A stretch of 64,000 bases of DNA from an uncultured Spirochaetota bacterium (GTDB lineage: Bacteria > Spirochaetota > Spirochaetia > SZUA-6 > DRHE01): positions 64,039 through 128,038 of the forward strand of contig CAVTQG010000053.1 in the NCBI GenBank assembly GCA_963736785.1, given 5' to 3'. Of this stretch, positions 48,576-57,565 are shown one piece after another. The notes below the pieces were generated by a model. The model did not search any database. It had not been told where the DNA came from and saw only the letters and a program-made list of their open reading frames with translations. Every line of letters begins with the position of its first letter. Position 1 is the stretch's first letter. A program made the translations under genes and the position numbers.

Positions 48576-49458
48576 ATGAGCCACGAGATCGAGCATGTGT
48601 TGAGCGTCCACAACGAGATCGGCGAGGCCCCCCTCTGGGTCCCCGAGGAGCAGCGGCTGTACTGGACCGACTACCGAAGCGAGAATTGTCTGGAGCTACC
48701 AGCCCCGGACCGCAGCCAAGGAGAGCTGGACCCTGAGCCTGCCGGTGATCTCGATTCTGCGGCGGGAAAACGGCGGCTTCCTGCTGGTCACCAAGACCGG
48801 ACTGGCATTCTGGGACCGGGACACCAACACCTGCGAGCTCGTGGCCAATCCCCTGGCCGACTCGAAGACGTTGTGGTTCAACGACGGGGCGGTGGACAGG
48901 CAGGGGCGCCTGGTGACCGGCACCATGAACTACCGGTCGCTTAGCTCGCCCGACGGCTGCCTGTACCGACTGGACCCGGACCGGGAAGTCACCTGCCTCG
49001 ATACCGGGCTGGCCGTGGCCAATGGCATCGGCTTCAGCCCGGACGGGACGACCATGTACGTCTCGGAGCAGTTTCGCGGCCGCATCCTGCGCTACGACTA
49101 CGACCAGGCAAGCGGGCACGCGTGAGCGGGCGCCGGGTGTTCGCCCAGCTTCCGGAGGCCGAGGGCTTGCCCGACGGCATCCGGCGTGGACAGTGAGGGA
49201 TACGTCTGGAACGCCCACTGGGGCGGGGGATTGATCACGCGGTACGCCCCGGACGGCAGGGTGGACACCCAGATCCTCATGCCCGTCCCGGTGGTGACCT
49301 GCCTGGCCTTCGCCGGCGAGCGGCTCGACGAGCTGTACGTGACGACCGGCTGGTACGGCATGAGCCTCAAGGAGCAGAAGAAGAAGCCCGGCTGCGGCGA
49401 CCTGTTCCGCATCCGCACCGGCTTCACCGGCCTGGTGGAGCCGCGCTTTCGCGGCTAG
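48576..49458 (+). pseudogene. SMP-30/gluconolactonase/LRE-family lactonase, three frame breaks
   Basis: MSHEIEHVLSVHNEIGEAPLWVPEEQRLYWTD; GFLLVTKTGLAFWD...NDGAVDRQGRLVTGTM...ANGIGFSPDGTTMYVSE; LPDGI; VDSEGYVWNAHWGGG...LYVTT. Confidence 0.75.
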
Positions 49459-49468
49459 GGGAGCTGGC

Positions 49469-50239
49469 ATGAGCGACATCGTGTTTGAGTTCAAGGGCAA
49501 GACGGCGATCGTCACGGGGGCGACCAAGGGCATCGGCCGCGACATCGCCCTCAGCTTCGCCCGGGCCGGCGCGAGCCTGGGCATCACGGGCCGCAATGAG
49601 GCAGGAGCTGCGGGAGGTGGCGGCGGAAGCCTGCGCGCTGGGCGCGCTGCGAGACGCGGAAGGCGGACCTGGCTTCGGCGGCGGACTGCGTCGCCATGGC
49701 CGAGCATTTCGCCGCGCTCTTCCCGGTCATCGACATCCTGGTGAACAACGCGGGCTTGAGCTTCCCGGAGAAGCTGGTGGACCTGGAGGTCGGGCACTGG
49801 GACACGACCCTGGCGGTCAACCTGCGCGCCCCGGCGCTCATCAGCAAGGTGATCGCCCGCAAGATGATCGCCGCCGGGCCACGGGGCGATCATCAACATC
49901 TCCAGCAACGCCTGCCTGGCGGGTATCGAAGAGCACGCCGCCTACTGCGCCAGCAAGTTCGGCCTGAACGGCCTGACCAAGGTCATGGCCGTGGAGCTGG
50001 GCCCGCACAACATCCGGGTCAACGCCATCGCCCCCACGGTGGTGCTCACGCCCATGGGCACCCAGGTCTGGGGCGACCCGAAGAAGGCCGACCCGGTGAA
50101 GGCCAAGATCCCCCTGGGCCGCTTCGCCCAGCCGCGGGAGGTCACCGCGGCGGTGTTCTTCCTGGCCTCCGAGGGCGCCGGCATGATCCACGGGGAGACG
50201 CTGGTCATCGACGGAGGAGTCAATGCCAAACTCTATTGA
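49469..50239 (+). pseudogene. Short-chain dehydrogenase/reductase, three frame breaks
   Basis: KGKTAIVTGATKGIGRDIA; ILVNNAGLSFPEKL; AYCASKFGLNGLTKVMAVELGPHNIRVNAIAPT; GETLVIDGG. Spread over four track ORF frames. Confidence 0.75.
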
Positions 50240-50969
50240 GGGCAAGACGGCGCTGGTGACCGGCGCGGCCGGGGTGATGGGCCAGGCGGTGCTCAAGGCG
50301 CTGCTGGCGGAGGGGGCCACGGTGGTAATGGTCGACCTGGCCGAAAAGCGCCTGCAGGATCTTGCGCGCGCACTGGGCGCACGGGCGGTCCCGGCCGTCT
50401 TCGACGTCACCGACCCGCCCGCCATCGAGCGGGAACTGGGGCGCCTGAAGGCGTCCATCGGAACGGTCGACATCCTGGTGAACAACGCCGGGATCCTGTC
50501 CAATAACAAGTCGCAGACCACCACGCCGGAGGAGTGGCGCAAGGTGGTGGAGATCAACCTCGGCGGCATGTTCTACCTGTCCAGGGCGGTGATCCCGGGC
50601 ATGAAGGCCAAAGGCTGGGGGCGGATCGTCAACGTCTCCTCACTGGCCGCCCAGACCGGCGGCCTGACCGCGGGCACGGCCTACGCCACTTCCAAGGGCG
50701 GGGTGATCTCGCTGACCCGCTCCCTGGCCGCCGAGACCGCCCCCTTAGGCATCACGGTCAACGCTATCGCGCCGGCGTACGTGAAGACGCCCATGATCAC
50801 CGAGCAGCTAACCGAGGAAGAGCGCCAGGGGGTGCTGAGGAAGATCCCCGTGGGGCGGTTTTGCGAGCCAGAGGAGTTCGCCCACGTGGTGCTCTTCCTG
50901 GTGAGCCCGCTGGCCGGCTTCATCACCGGCGATGTGATCAACCTAAATGGAGGGTTGTACTTTAATTGA
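50223..50969 (+). CDS. Short-chain dehydrogenase/reductase (intact)
   Basis: TGAAGVMG, NNAG, YATSKGG catalytic YxxxK. 248 aa. Confidence 0.9.
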   Translation: MPNSIEGKTALVTGAAGVMGQAVLKALLAEGATVVMVDLAEKRLQDLARALGARAVPAVFDVTDPPAIERELGRLKASIGTVDILVNNAGILSNNKSQTTTPEEWRKVVEINLGGMFYLSRAVIPGMKAKGWGRIVNVSSLAAQTGGLTAGTAYATSKGGVISLTRSLAAETAPLGITVNAIAPAYVKTPMITEQLTEEERQGVLRKIPVGRFCEPEEFAHVVLFLVSPLAGFITGDVINLNGGLYFN

Positions 50970-51810
50970 ACGCAGCGAGCAACTGGCAGTGACCATCAAG
51001 ACGAAAAGCGCCGAGAAATCCACCCGCACCTATTCCGCCCCGGCCGTGGACCGGGCCTTGGACATCTTGGAGTTCATGGCCGGGCACCCCCGGCCTTTCG
51101 GCGCGACCGAGCTGTCCCGCATCCTGGGCATCCCGCTCAACTCGGTTTTCCGCATCCTCAAGCGCCTGACCGAACGAGATTACACCACCCAGGATCCCGT
51201 CTCCGGGGGTTACCAGCTCAGCACCAGGGTGTTTTCGCTGGGCATGAGCCTGTACACCCGCTTCGAGCTGCGACAGCGGGCGCGGCCCCACCTGGAGTGG
51301 CTGTGCCGGGAGACCGAGGAGACGGTGCAGCTGCAGGTCCCCCACGGGGAAAAAGTGCTGGTGTTGGACACGGTCAGCCCGGAGGTTTCTTTCTACCTGC
51401 GGGTGGTCCCCGGCAGCCAGGTCTACTACCATCCCAACGCCTACGGCAAAGCAATGCTGGCTTTCATGTCCGAGGAGGAAATCAAGGAGATCCTGCCGCC
51501 CAAGCTTCCCGTCCTTACTCCTCGCACGATTACCCTGCTGCGGGAGTTGCTGCCCCAGCTGGAGGAGACCCGGCGTACCGGCCTGGCTTACGACAACGAA
51601 GAGTACACCAGCGGAATCGTGTGCATCGGCGCGCCGGTGTTCGACGTCCAGGGCAAGATTGCCGCGGGCCTGGGCATCACCGCCATCGCCAGCCTGCTGG
51701 ACAAAAAGAAGAGGTCCGCCTTCGAGCAGCTGGTCCTGGAGTGCGCCTCCAAGGTGTCCAAGGCCATCGGCTACTCGGGGGACTTCTTCCGCGACAAGCT
51801 GAAGAGTTGA
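50947..51810 (+). CDS. IclR-family transcriptional regulator
   Basis: N-terminal wHTH AVDRALDILEFMAGHPRPFGATELSRILGIPLNSVFRILKRL and an IclR effector domain. The start may lie slightly downstream. Confidence 0.85.
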   Translation: MEGCTLIERSEQLAVTIKTKSAEKSTRTYSAPAVDRALDILEFMAGHPRPFGATELSRILGIPLNSVFRILKRLTERDYTTQDPVSGGYQLSTRVFSLGMSLYTRFELRQRARPHLEWLCRETEETVQLQVPHGEKVLVLDTVSPEVSFYLRVVPGSQVYYHPNAYGKAMLAFMSEEEIKEILPPKLPVLTPRTITLLRELLPQLEETRRTGLAYDNEEYTSGIVCIGAPVFDVQGKIAAGLGITAIASLLDKKKRSAFEQLVLECASKVSKAIGYSGDFFRDKLKS

Positions 51811-51850
51811 ATCGGGAAGCATCCTACGACCATGACTCGCATCGGGCCGT

Positions 51851-53767
51851 TCAGCCGGCCGCGGTCTGCTTCGTCTGCATCGCCTCCCAGGCCCAGTCCA
51901 GGCCCAGCTCACGAAGCTTGACCTCGGTGGGGTTGCCCGTGACTGAGTCCCAGCCGTTAAGCCGGTAGTAGTTCTCGCGCTGCTTCAGGAAGTTAGCCCT
52001 GTCCACCACCGCGCCCTTGCGCGGGCCTTCCCCCTGCAGCGGGTCCTCATGCAGCCTCGGGGGCAGTATGTCGTCCTTGCTGGAGAAGCCCTCGCGGGCG
52101 TTGAAGGCCCGCATGAGGTTGATGCGCCGCTCGCCCAGCAGCATGAACTCGTGCAGTGTGTACTGCCAGCCGGTGGTCGCGTTGATCACTCGGACCAGAT
52201 CCTGCAGGCTGCAGATCGACCAGGCGTGGAAGGTGAACTGGCACACCGACCAGGAGTCGATGGCGCTCACGTAGCGCTGGGAATACGCCGTCATCTTGGT
52301 CTTGGCGAAGTCAAGCTCATAGGTCTTGGTCGTCTCGTAGATGCCTACGCCCTTGTTGACCTCGTTGGGCTCGACCGCGATGTCCCCGTCATGAGTGGTG
52401 GAGACGTGGTCCGGACCGAAGGGATTCACCGCGTAGATCAGCCCCATGGAGCCTTTGGAGGTCGGCATGTGCGCCGGGAACTCCTTGCTCTTCACGGTCA
52501 CCGCCAAGCGCTCGGCTTTGGGGCCCAGGAGTCTGGCCAGACGCGCAGTGCCCAGGGCCATCTTGTCCCCGAAGCCCTCCCGCTTCACTGCCATCTCCGC
52601 AAGGCGCACCAGGGCTTCGCCGCTGCCGAACGGCGCCTGGACCCCGCCCAACTCCTTCTGCGTGAGAATCCCCTTCTCGTAACATTCCATCACGAAGCCC
52701 ACCACCCCGCCTAGCGCGATGGTGTCCACCGCGTACTTGCTCGCCCACTCGTTGGCCTTGCAGATGGCGTTCCAGTCGCTGACCATGCAGTTGGTGCCCA
52801 TCATGCCCATGGTTTCGTACTCCGGCCCCCCGTAGCGGCATTCCACCGACCAGGGCGTGGTGATGCCCTTCTTCACGTCGCGCTTGCAGGCTTGCGCGCA
52901 GGCCCAGCAGGTCCCGGGACCGTCCATCCACTGGTCGGCGTACACGTACTCGGTCACCTTCTCCCGTTCCGGGAACAGGCCCATGGTCCAGTTGCGTGTG
53001 GGCAGTCCCCCGATGTCGCTGTTCCAGGTCACGTTCATCGTGGTGCCCAGGCGCTTGAAGTCCTTGAAGAAACCGTCGGCCGCGACCTTGGCCGCGCCCT
53101 TGCGGGCCAGTTCCTTGATCGTGTCCGGATCGGCGTACTCCGGTTTCATTTTCCCGCGCACGGCGATCGCCCGCAGATTCTTGGAGCCCATGACCGCCCC
53201 GAAGCCGCAGCGCCCGTTGAAGTGCTTCAGCTCGTTGGTGATGTTGGCGAACAGCACGCCCTTCTCGCCGGCCGGCCCGATCTGGGCCACCCGGATGTGC
53301 TCGTCGCCCAGCTCCTTGCGGATCGTGTCCTGCACCTCGCCGGTGATCCGGCCCCACAGGTGGGAGGCGTCCTTCAGCTCGTACTGCCCGTCGTGGACCC
53401 ACAGGTATATCGGCTTGGGACTCTTGCCCCTGAGTACGATCGCGTCGAAGCCGGCAAAACGTAGCTCCGGCCCCCAGAAGCCGCCACCCTCGCTGGAGCC
53501 GATGGTGCCGGTGAGGGGGCTCTTGGCGCTCACCGCATGCCGGGCGTTGCCGCTGATCGGCGCGCCGACCACGGCCGAAATGGCGAAAACCAGCACGTTC
53601 TCCGGGCCCAGCGGGTCAGCCCCCGCTTTCATTCCTTTGAACACGTAGTAGTTGCCGAGGCACGCGCCGCCCACGTACTGGCGGTAGAAGGACTCCGGGG
53701 GTTGTTCCACCTCGAAGGTCCCACTGGTTAGGTCGGCGTGCAGGATCTTTCCGCTGAAACCCTTCAT
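51851..53767 (-). CDS. aor: Aldehyde:ferredoxin oxidoreductase (tungstopterin AOR family)
   Basis: Intact 638 aa starting MKGFSGKILHADLTSGTF, with GGGFWGPELRFAGFDAIVL, GPEYETMGMMGTNC and the other AOR family blocks. GGAGGG SD. Confidence 0.9.
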   Translation of the reverse strand: MKGFSGKILHADLTSGTFEVEQPPESFYRQYVGGACLGNYYVFKGMKAGADPLGPENVLVFAISAVVGAPISGNARHAVSAKSPLTGTIGSSEGGGFWGPELRFAGFDAIVLRGKSPKPIYLWVHDGQYELKDASHLWGRITGEVQDTIRKELGDEHIRVAQIGPAGEKGVLFANITNELKHFNGRCGFGAVMGSKNLRAIAVRGKMKPEYADPDTIKELARKGAAKVAADGFFKDFKRLGTTMNVTWNSDIGGLPTRNWTMGLFPEREKVTEYVYADQWMDGPGTCWACAQACKRDVKKGITTPWSVECRYGGPEYETMGMMGTNCMVSDWNAICKANEWASKYAVDTIALGGVVGFVMECYEKGILTQKELGGVQAPFGSGEALVRLAEMAVKREGFGDKMALGTARLARLLGPKAERLAVTVKSKEFPAHMPTSKGSMGLIYAVNPFGPDHVSTTHDGDIAVEPNEVNKGVGIYETTKTYELDFAKTKMTAYSQRYVSAIDSWSVCQFTFHAWSICSLQDLVRVINATTGWQYTLHEFMLLGERRINLMRAFNAREGFSSKDDILPPRLHEDPLQGEGPRKGAVVDRANFLKQRENYYRLNGWDSVTGNPTEVKLRELGLDWAWEAMQTKQTAAG

Positions 53768-53848
53768 GGAATTCCCTCCTCAGGCTCGAATCCCGGCAGA
53801 CAATGATGTTTTCCACCTCACTGTCGCCCAGACTTTCGATCAATAGGC

Positions 53849-53876
53849 ATTTTACCTATAGAATCGCATTTGTCAA
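53849..53876 (-). promoter_or_regulatory. Sigma-70 promoter TTGACA-16-TAAAAT for aor
   Basis: Minus strand reads TTGACAaatgcgattctataggTAAAATgcc, nearly the same architecture as 41094. Confidence 0.5.
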
Positions 53877-54214
53877 GCAATATTGGGGTTGCAGGCGGCC
53901 GGGCTGCCAGGTATCCTGCCGCAGAAACCCAGATAGTCCCCAGGTGTACGCTTGCGTTGAGCGAGCGGGTCCGTCGCGATCAGCCTGAGGAGGGACTTCA
54001 TGTCTGCGCAAGATGACCAGCATCAGCTAGACCGCGCTGTGGAAGGACCGCATCGCGCAGATGATCCGCGAAATGCCCAGGGCCACGGAGGACGAGGTGG
54101 CCCGGAAGCTGGTGGAAGAGATGTCGGCCAAGGGGGCCGCGCTGCTGAAACCGGCCGGTTGACACTCCGCGCTTGAAACCAGTCCACCGACGGTGGATGA
54201 TGGAGTCATGAGGA

Positions 54215-54615
54215 ACGCCGCTGCCCGGGGTTAAGGTGGCGGGCGTGCACCAGAGCCTTCGCCTGCGAGGCCCTGTCCCGATTCATCGCCCGACCCTCTC
54301 TTGCTGAGGAAGATGAGCATCCAAGAGAACGGAGAGGCAACCTCGGTTTCCTGCTGAAACTGACATAATCTATCCCGCCTGCTGGCTTGCAGAATATCCG
54401 GCGGTCTGGATTGTATGCTTCCCGAATAAGCGGCCAGTGACCGGACATGCCCCATATGGTGCGCCTTGAAAGCCGCTACACTTGGGCTAGGCGCATCACT
54501 CGGTTCTCCGTAGTCAACCCCCTGGATTTTCCGCACTGCCGGTCATCCGCACAGGTGATTGCCGTGAGAACCCAGCCGGAGGAGGTCCGTAAGATCCTGC
54601 GGCATAGGAAACATT
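54215..54615 (+). mobile_element. Decayed 3' fragment of an IS91-family-like (Y2/HUH) transposase gene
   Basis: One frame reads ACEALSRFIARPSLAEE...LLKLT*SIPPAGLQNIRRSGLYASR...*...RYTWARRITRFSVVNPLDFPHCRSSAQVIAVRTQPEEVRKILRH. As I recall the family, its C-terminus reads RY..RPP.A.ERL / PPPR.H..RY.GV.A / WA.L..RVF..D.L.CP.CGG.M..IA.I..P.V...IL.HLGL. Contains in-frame stops and internal loss. Confidence 0.5.
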
Positions 54616-54686
54616 TCTATTTGGTCTTGACATGTCCGATTCCATCACTTGCCCTACCGGCGCCGCCATAGTAGGCTGTTGCCCGC

Positions 54687-56198
54687 ATGTACCTCTGCTT
54701 CGACGTCGGCACCACCTCCGTGAAGACGGCCCTGTTCGACCGGGAGGGCCGGCTGCGGGCCAAGTCCATCCGGAGCTACACGCTGGCCACCCCGCGGGCG
54801 GATTGGGTCGAGGCGGACCCCGGCGCCTACTGGACGGCGGTGCTGGCCGGCTTCCGGGAAACCCTGGGCGCCTCCGGCGCGGATCCTCGCGAGGTGCGGG
54901 CTATCTGCGGGTCCAGCCAGGGGGAGACGATCGTGTTCCTGGACTCCCGGGACCGGCCGGTGCGCCCGGCCATGGTCTGGCTGGACAACCGGGCGCGGGA
55001 GCAGGTGCAGGAGCTGAAAGCCCGCATCGACCCCGAGGAGTTCTACCGGACCACGGGCTGCACCGACATCGAGCCCACCTGGAGCGTGCTCAAGACGCTG
55101 TGGGTGAAGAAGCACGAGCCGGAGGTCCTGGCGCGCACGACCAAGATCCTGCTGCTCGAGGACTACGTCGATTACCTGCTCACTGGCCGCTTCTGCTCCA
55201 CCCCGACCCTGCTGCATTCCACCGGCTTCCTGGACATCCATGCCCGCCGGTACTGGCCCAAGACCGCCGGCTACGCCGGGGTCGAGGGCCTGCTGCCCGA
55301 GATCGTCGAAGTGGGCAGCGTCGCGGGCCGCCTCAAGCCGGCCCTGGCCGACGAGCTGGGCCTTTCCCGCGAGACGGTCGTGGTCAAGGGGGCCATGGAC
55401 CAGACCCTGAGCGCCATCGGCGCCGGGAACCTCTCCGCCGGCATCGTGACCGAGACCACCGGCACCGCCATGGCCATCGGCGTGACTGCCGACTCGGTGG
55501 AGGGCATCCACGCCAACCGCCTGCCCTACCAGCCGCACGCCCTGCCGGGCAGGTACCTCATCCTGCCCTACGCCCAGACCTCCGCGATCATCTACAAGTG
55601 GTTCCGCGACCAGTTCGGGGAGGAGGAGGTCCGGCGGGCCGGGGATCCCGAAAAGGCTTTCGACGGCCTGAACGGGCTGGCCGCCGCGGTGGCCCCCGGC
55701 TGCGACGGGTTGGTGCTGTTGCCGTTCTTCGCCGGGGCCAACGCGCCGGAGAACGACATGTACGCCCGGGGAGTCTGGTACGGGGTCACCCTCAAGCACG
55801 GCAAGGCGCACTTCGCCCGGGCCATCCAGGAGGCGGTGGGTTTCATGCTGCGCGGGATCCTGGGCCTGATCCGGGAGGCGGGCCTGCCGATCCGCGAGGT
55901 CCGGTGCATGGGCGGGGCGGCGCGCTCCGATCTGTGGCTGCAGATCAAGGCGGACATCTGCGGCCTGCCCATGGTGCGCATGCAGGAGGAGGAGACCACG
56001 GCCCTGGGCGGCGCGCTCTTGAGTGCGGTGGCCGTGGGGGACTACCCCGACCCTGCTCAAGCCGCGCGCGCCATGGTGCGCCTGGGCCGGCGCTTCGAGC
56101 CCCAGGACGCCAACGCCCGCGTCTACGGCCGGCAGTTCGAGCTGTACCGGGAGCTGTACCAGGCCCTGAAGCCGGTTTTCCGGAAATACACCGCCTGA
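54687..56198 (+). CDS. FGGY-family carbohydrate kinase (xylulokinase-like)
   Basis: Intact 503 aa starting MYLCFDVGTTSVKTALFD, with GETTGTAMA and GGAARSDLWLQIKADI. Confidence 0.9.
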   Translation: MYLCFDVGTTSVKTALFDREGRLRAKSIRSYTLATPRADWVEADPGAYWTAVLAGFRETLGASGADPREVRAICGSSQGETIVFLDSRDRPVRPAMVWLDNRAREQVQELKARIDPEEFYRTTGCTDIEPTWSVLKTLWVKKHEPEVLARTTKILLLEDYVDYLLTGRFCSTPTLLHSTGFLDIHARRYWPKTAGYAGVEGLLPEIVEVGSVAGRLKPALADELGLSRETVVVKGAMDQTLSAIGAGNLSAGIVTETTGTAMAIGVTADSVEGIHANRLPYQPHALPGRYLILPYAQTSAIIYKWFRDQFGEEEVRRAGDPEKAFDGLNGLAAAVAPGCDGLVLLPFFAGANAPENDMYARGVWYGVTLKHGKAHFARAIQEAVGFMLRGILGLIREAGLPIREVRCMGGAARSDLWLQIKADICGLPMVRMQEEETTALGGALLSAVAVGDYPDPAQAARAMVRLGRRFEPQDANARVYGRQFELYRELYQALKPVFRKYTA

Positions 56199-56212
56199 GG
56201 AGGAGCGCGATC

Positions 56213-57565
56213 ATGGAAGCATTGCGGGCCGGGTACGTGAGTTTCGGCACCCAGTACTACAAGCCCGAAAACCTCAAGATGATCAGCGCCCGGGCGGAGA
56301 AGCAGCTGGAGGCGGCCGGGATCCGGCTGCTGCGCACCGACCCGGTCACCGGCGAGGGACCGGAGCCGGAGCGGGCGATCGCGGAGCTGAAGAAGGGGGA
56401 CTGGGACTTCCTGATCGCCAACATCGTGAACTGGATCGAGGTGCGCGGCGTGATGCGGGTGCTGATGGAGTTCCGCGACCGGCCCATCCTCCTGTACAGC
56501 ATGGGCGGCTTCACCGAGGGGGACACCCTGATCTGCCCGGCCGCGGGAGCGGGCGTGGCCGCCATCCGCTATCCCCTGGAGCGCTGGGGCTTCCGCTTCA
56601 AGCACCTGTTCAACGCCCCGGACACGCCCGTGGACGTGGAGGGGATCGTCAGGTTCGGGCGGGCCGCCCAGACCGCGCGCCGGCTGCGGCGGGCCCGGGT
56701 GGGCATGATCGGCTTCAACGACATGGGGCTGTACACCACGGATTTCTCGGCGGTGAAGCTGCGCGACAGGATCGGCCTGGAGGTGGAGAGCCTGGACATG
56801 CTGCAGCTCCTGCGCCGCATGGAGGCCCTGGACGCCGGCGAGGTCCGCGAGGAGATCGAGCGGGTCACCCGGGACTGGGAATACCCGCTGGGCAGGCCCA
56901 GGGAGGAGGTGCTGGAGCGGGCGTTCCGCCTGTACCTGGCCACCGTGCAGCTGTGCCGGGAGAAGAACTTCAGCGGCTTCTCCTACAAGTGCGTGGACGG
57001 GGTGGATGCGGAGCTGGGCCTGACCCACGCGGTGCCTTCCGCCCTGGTGGCCTCCGCGGGCATCCCCTACGTGGACGAGAACGACGTGGGCAACCTGGTG
57101 GCCGAGCTGATGCTCAAGTGGCTGACCGGCCGGGAGCCGATGTTCCTGGAGCACTACGACCACCACCCGGAGTGGATCCTGCTGGGCGAGGACGGCTACA
57201 TCCCCGACGCCTTCATCGACGGCAAACCGCAGATCAAGAGTGTTTCCACCGCGCTGCTGGGCGGCATCGCCCACTGCTCGCGCCTGAAGCTGGGGCGCAT
57301 GACGTTATGCTGCCTGGCCGAGGACGCCGAAGGCTACCGGATGCACATCGTGAGCGGGGAGGGGCGCAAGCCCCCGCAGTGGGTGGAGATGGGTGTGCCG
57401 CTGCCTTCCTGGCCCAGCGTGAAGTTCCACACCGACGTGCCGGTTCGCCGGATCCTGGACCACGTTCAGTCCCAGCACTTCGCCGCGGTGCCCGGCGACT
57501 GCGTGGAGGAGCTGAAGGACCTCTGCTTCCTGCTGGGCATCAAGGTCGTGGACGACGCCAGGTAG
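56213..57565 (+). CDS. L-fucose/L-arabinose isomerase-family protein (COG2407), intact paralog 2
   Basis: 450 aa behind a GAGGAGG SD. Collinear with the fragments at 38396..39762. Confidence 0.75.
   Translation: MEALRAGYVSFGTQYYKPENLKMISARAEKQLEAAGIRLLRTDPVTGEGPEPERAIAELKKGDWDFLIANIVNWIEVRGVMRVLMEFRDRPILLYSMGGFTEGDTLICPAAGAGVAAIRYPLERWGFRFKHLFNAPDTPVDVEGIVRFGRAAQTARRLRRARVGMIGFNDMGLYTTDFSAVKLRDRIGLEVESLDMLQLLRRMEALDAGEVREEIERVTRDWEYPLGRPREEVLERAFRLYLATVQLCREKNFSGFSYKCVDGVDAELGLTHAVPSALVASAGIPYVDENDVGNLVAELMLKWLTGREPMFLEHYDHHPEWILLGEDGYIPDAFIDGKPQIKSVSTALLGGIAHCSRLKLGRMTLCCLAEDAEGYRMHIVSGEGRKPPQWVEMGVPLPSWPSVKFHTDVPVRRILDHVQSQHFAAVPGDCVEELKDLCFLLGIKVVDDAR

Noticed and set aside
54000-54162. 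Small plus-strand ORF behind a perfect SD next to the IS relic.
   Set aside because: As written, the ATG frame gives a 59-aa Gly/Arg-rich product. The protein-like reading needs an assumed frame shift, and I recognise no family. Reported only as part of the inverted-repeat observation.
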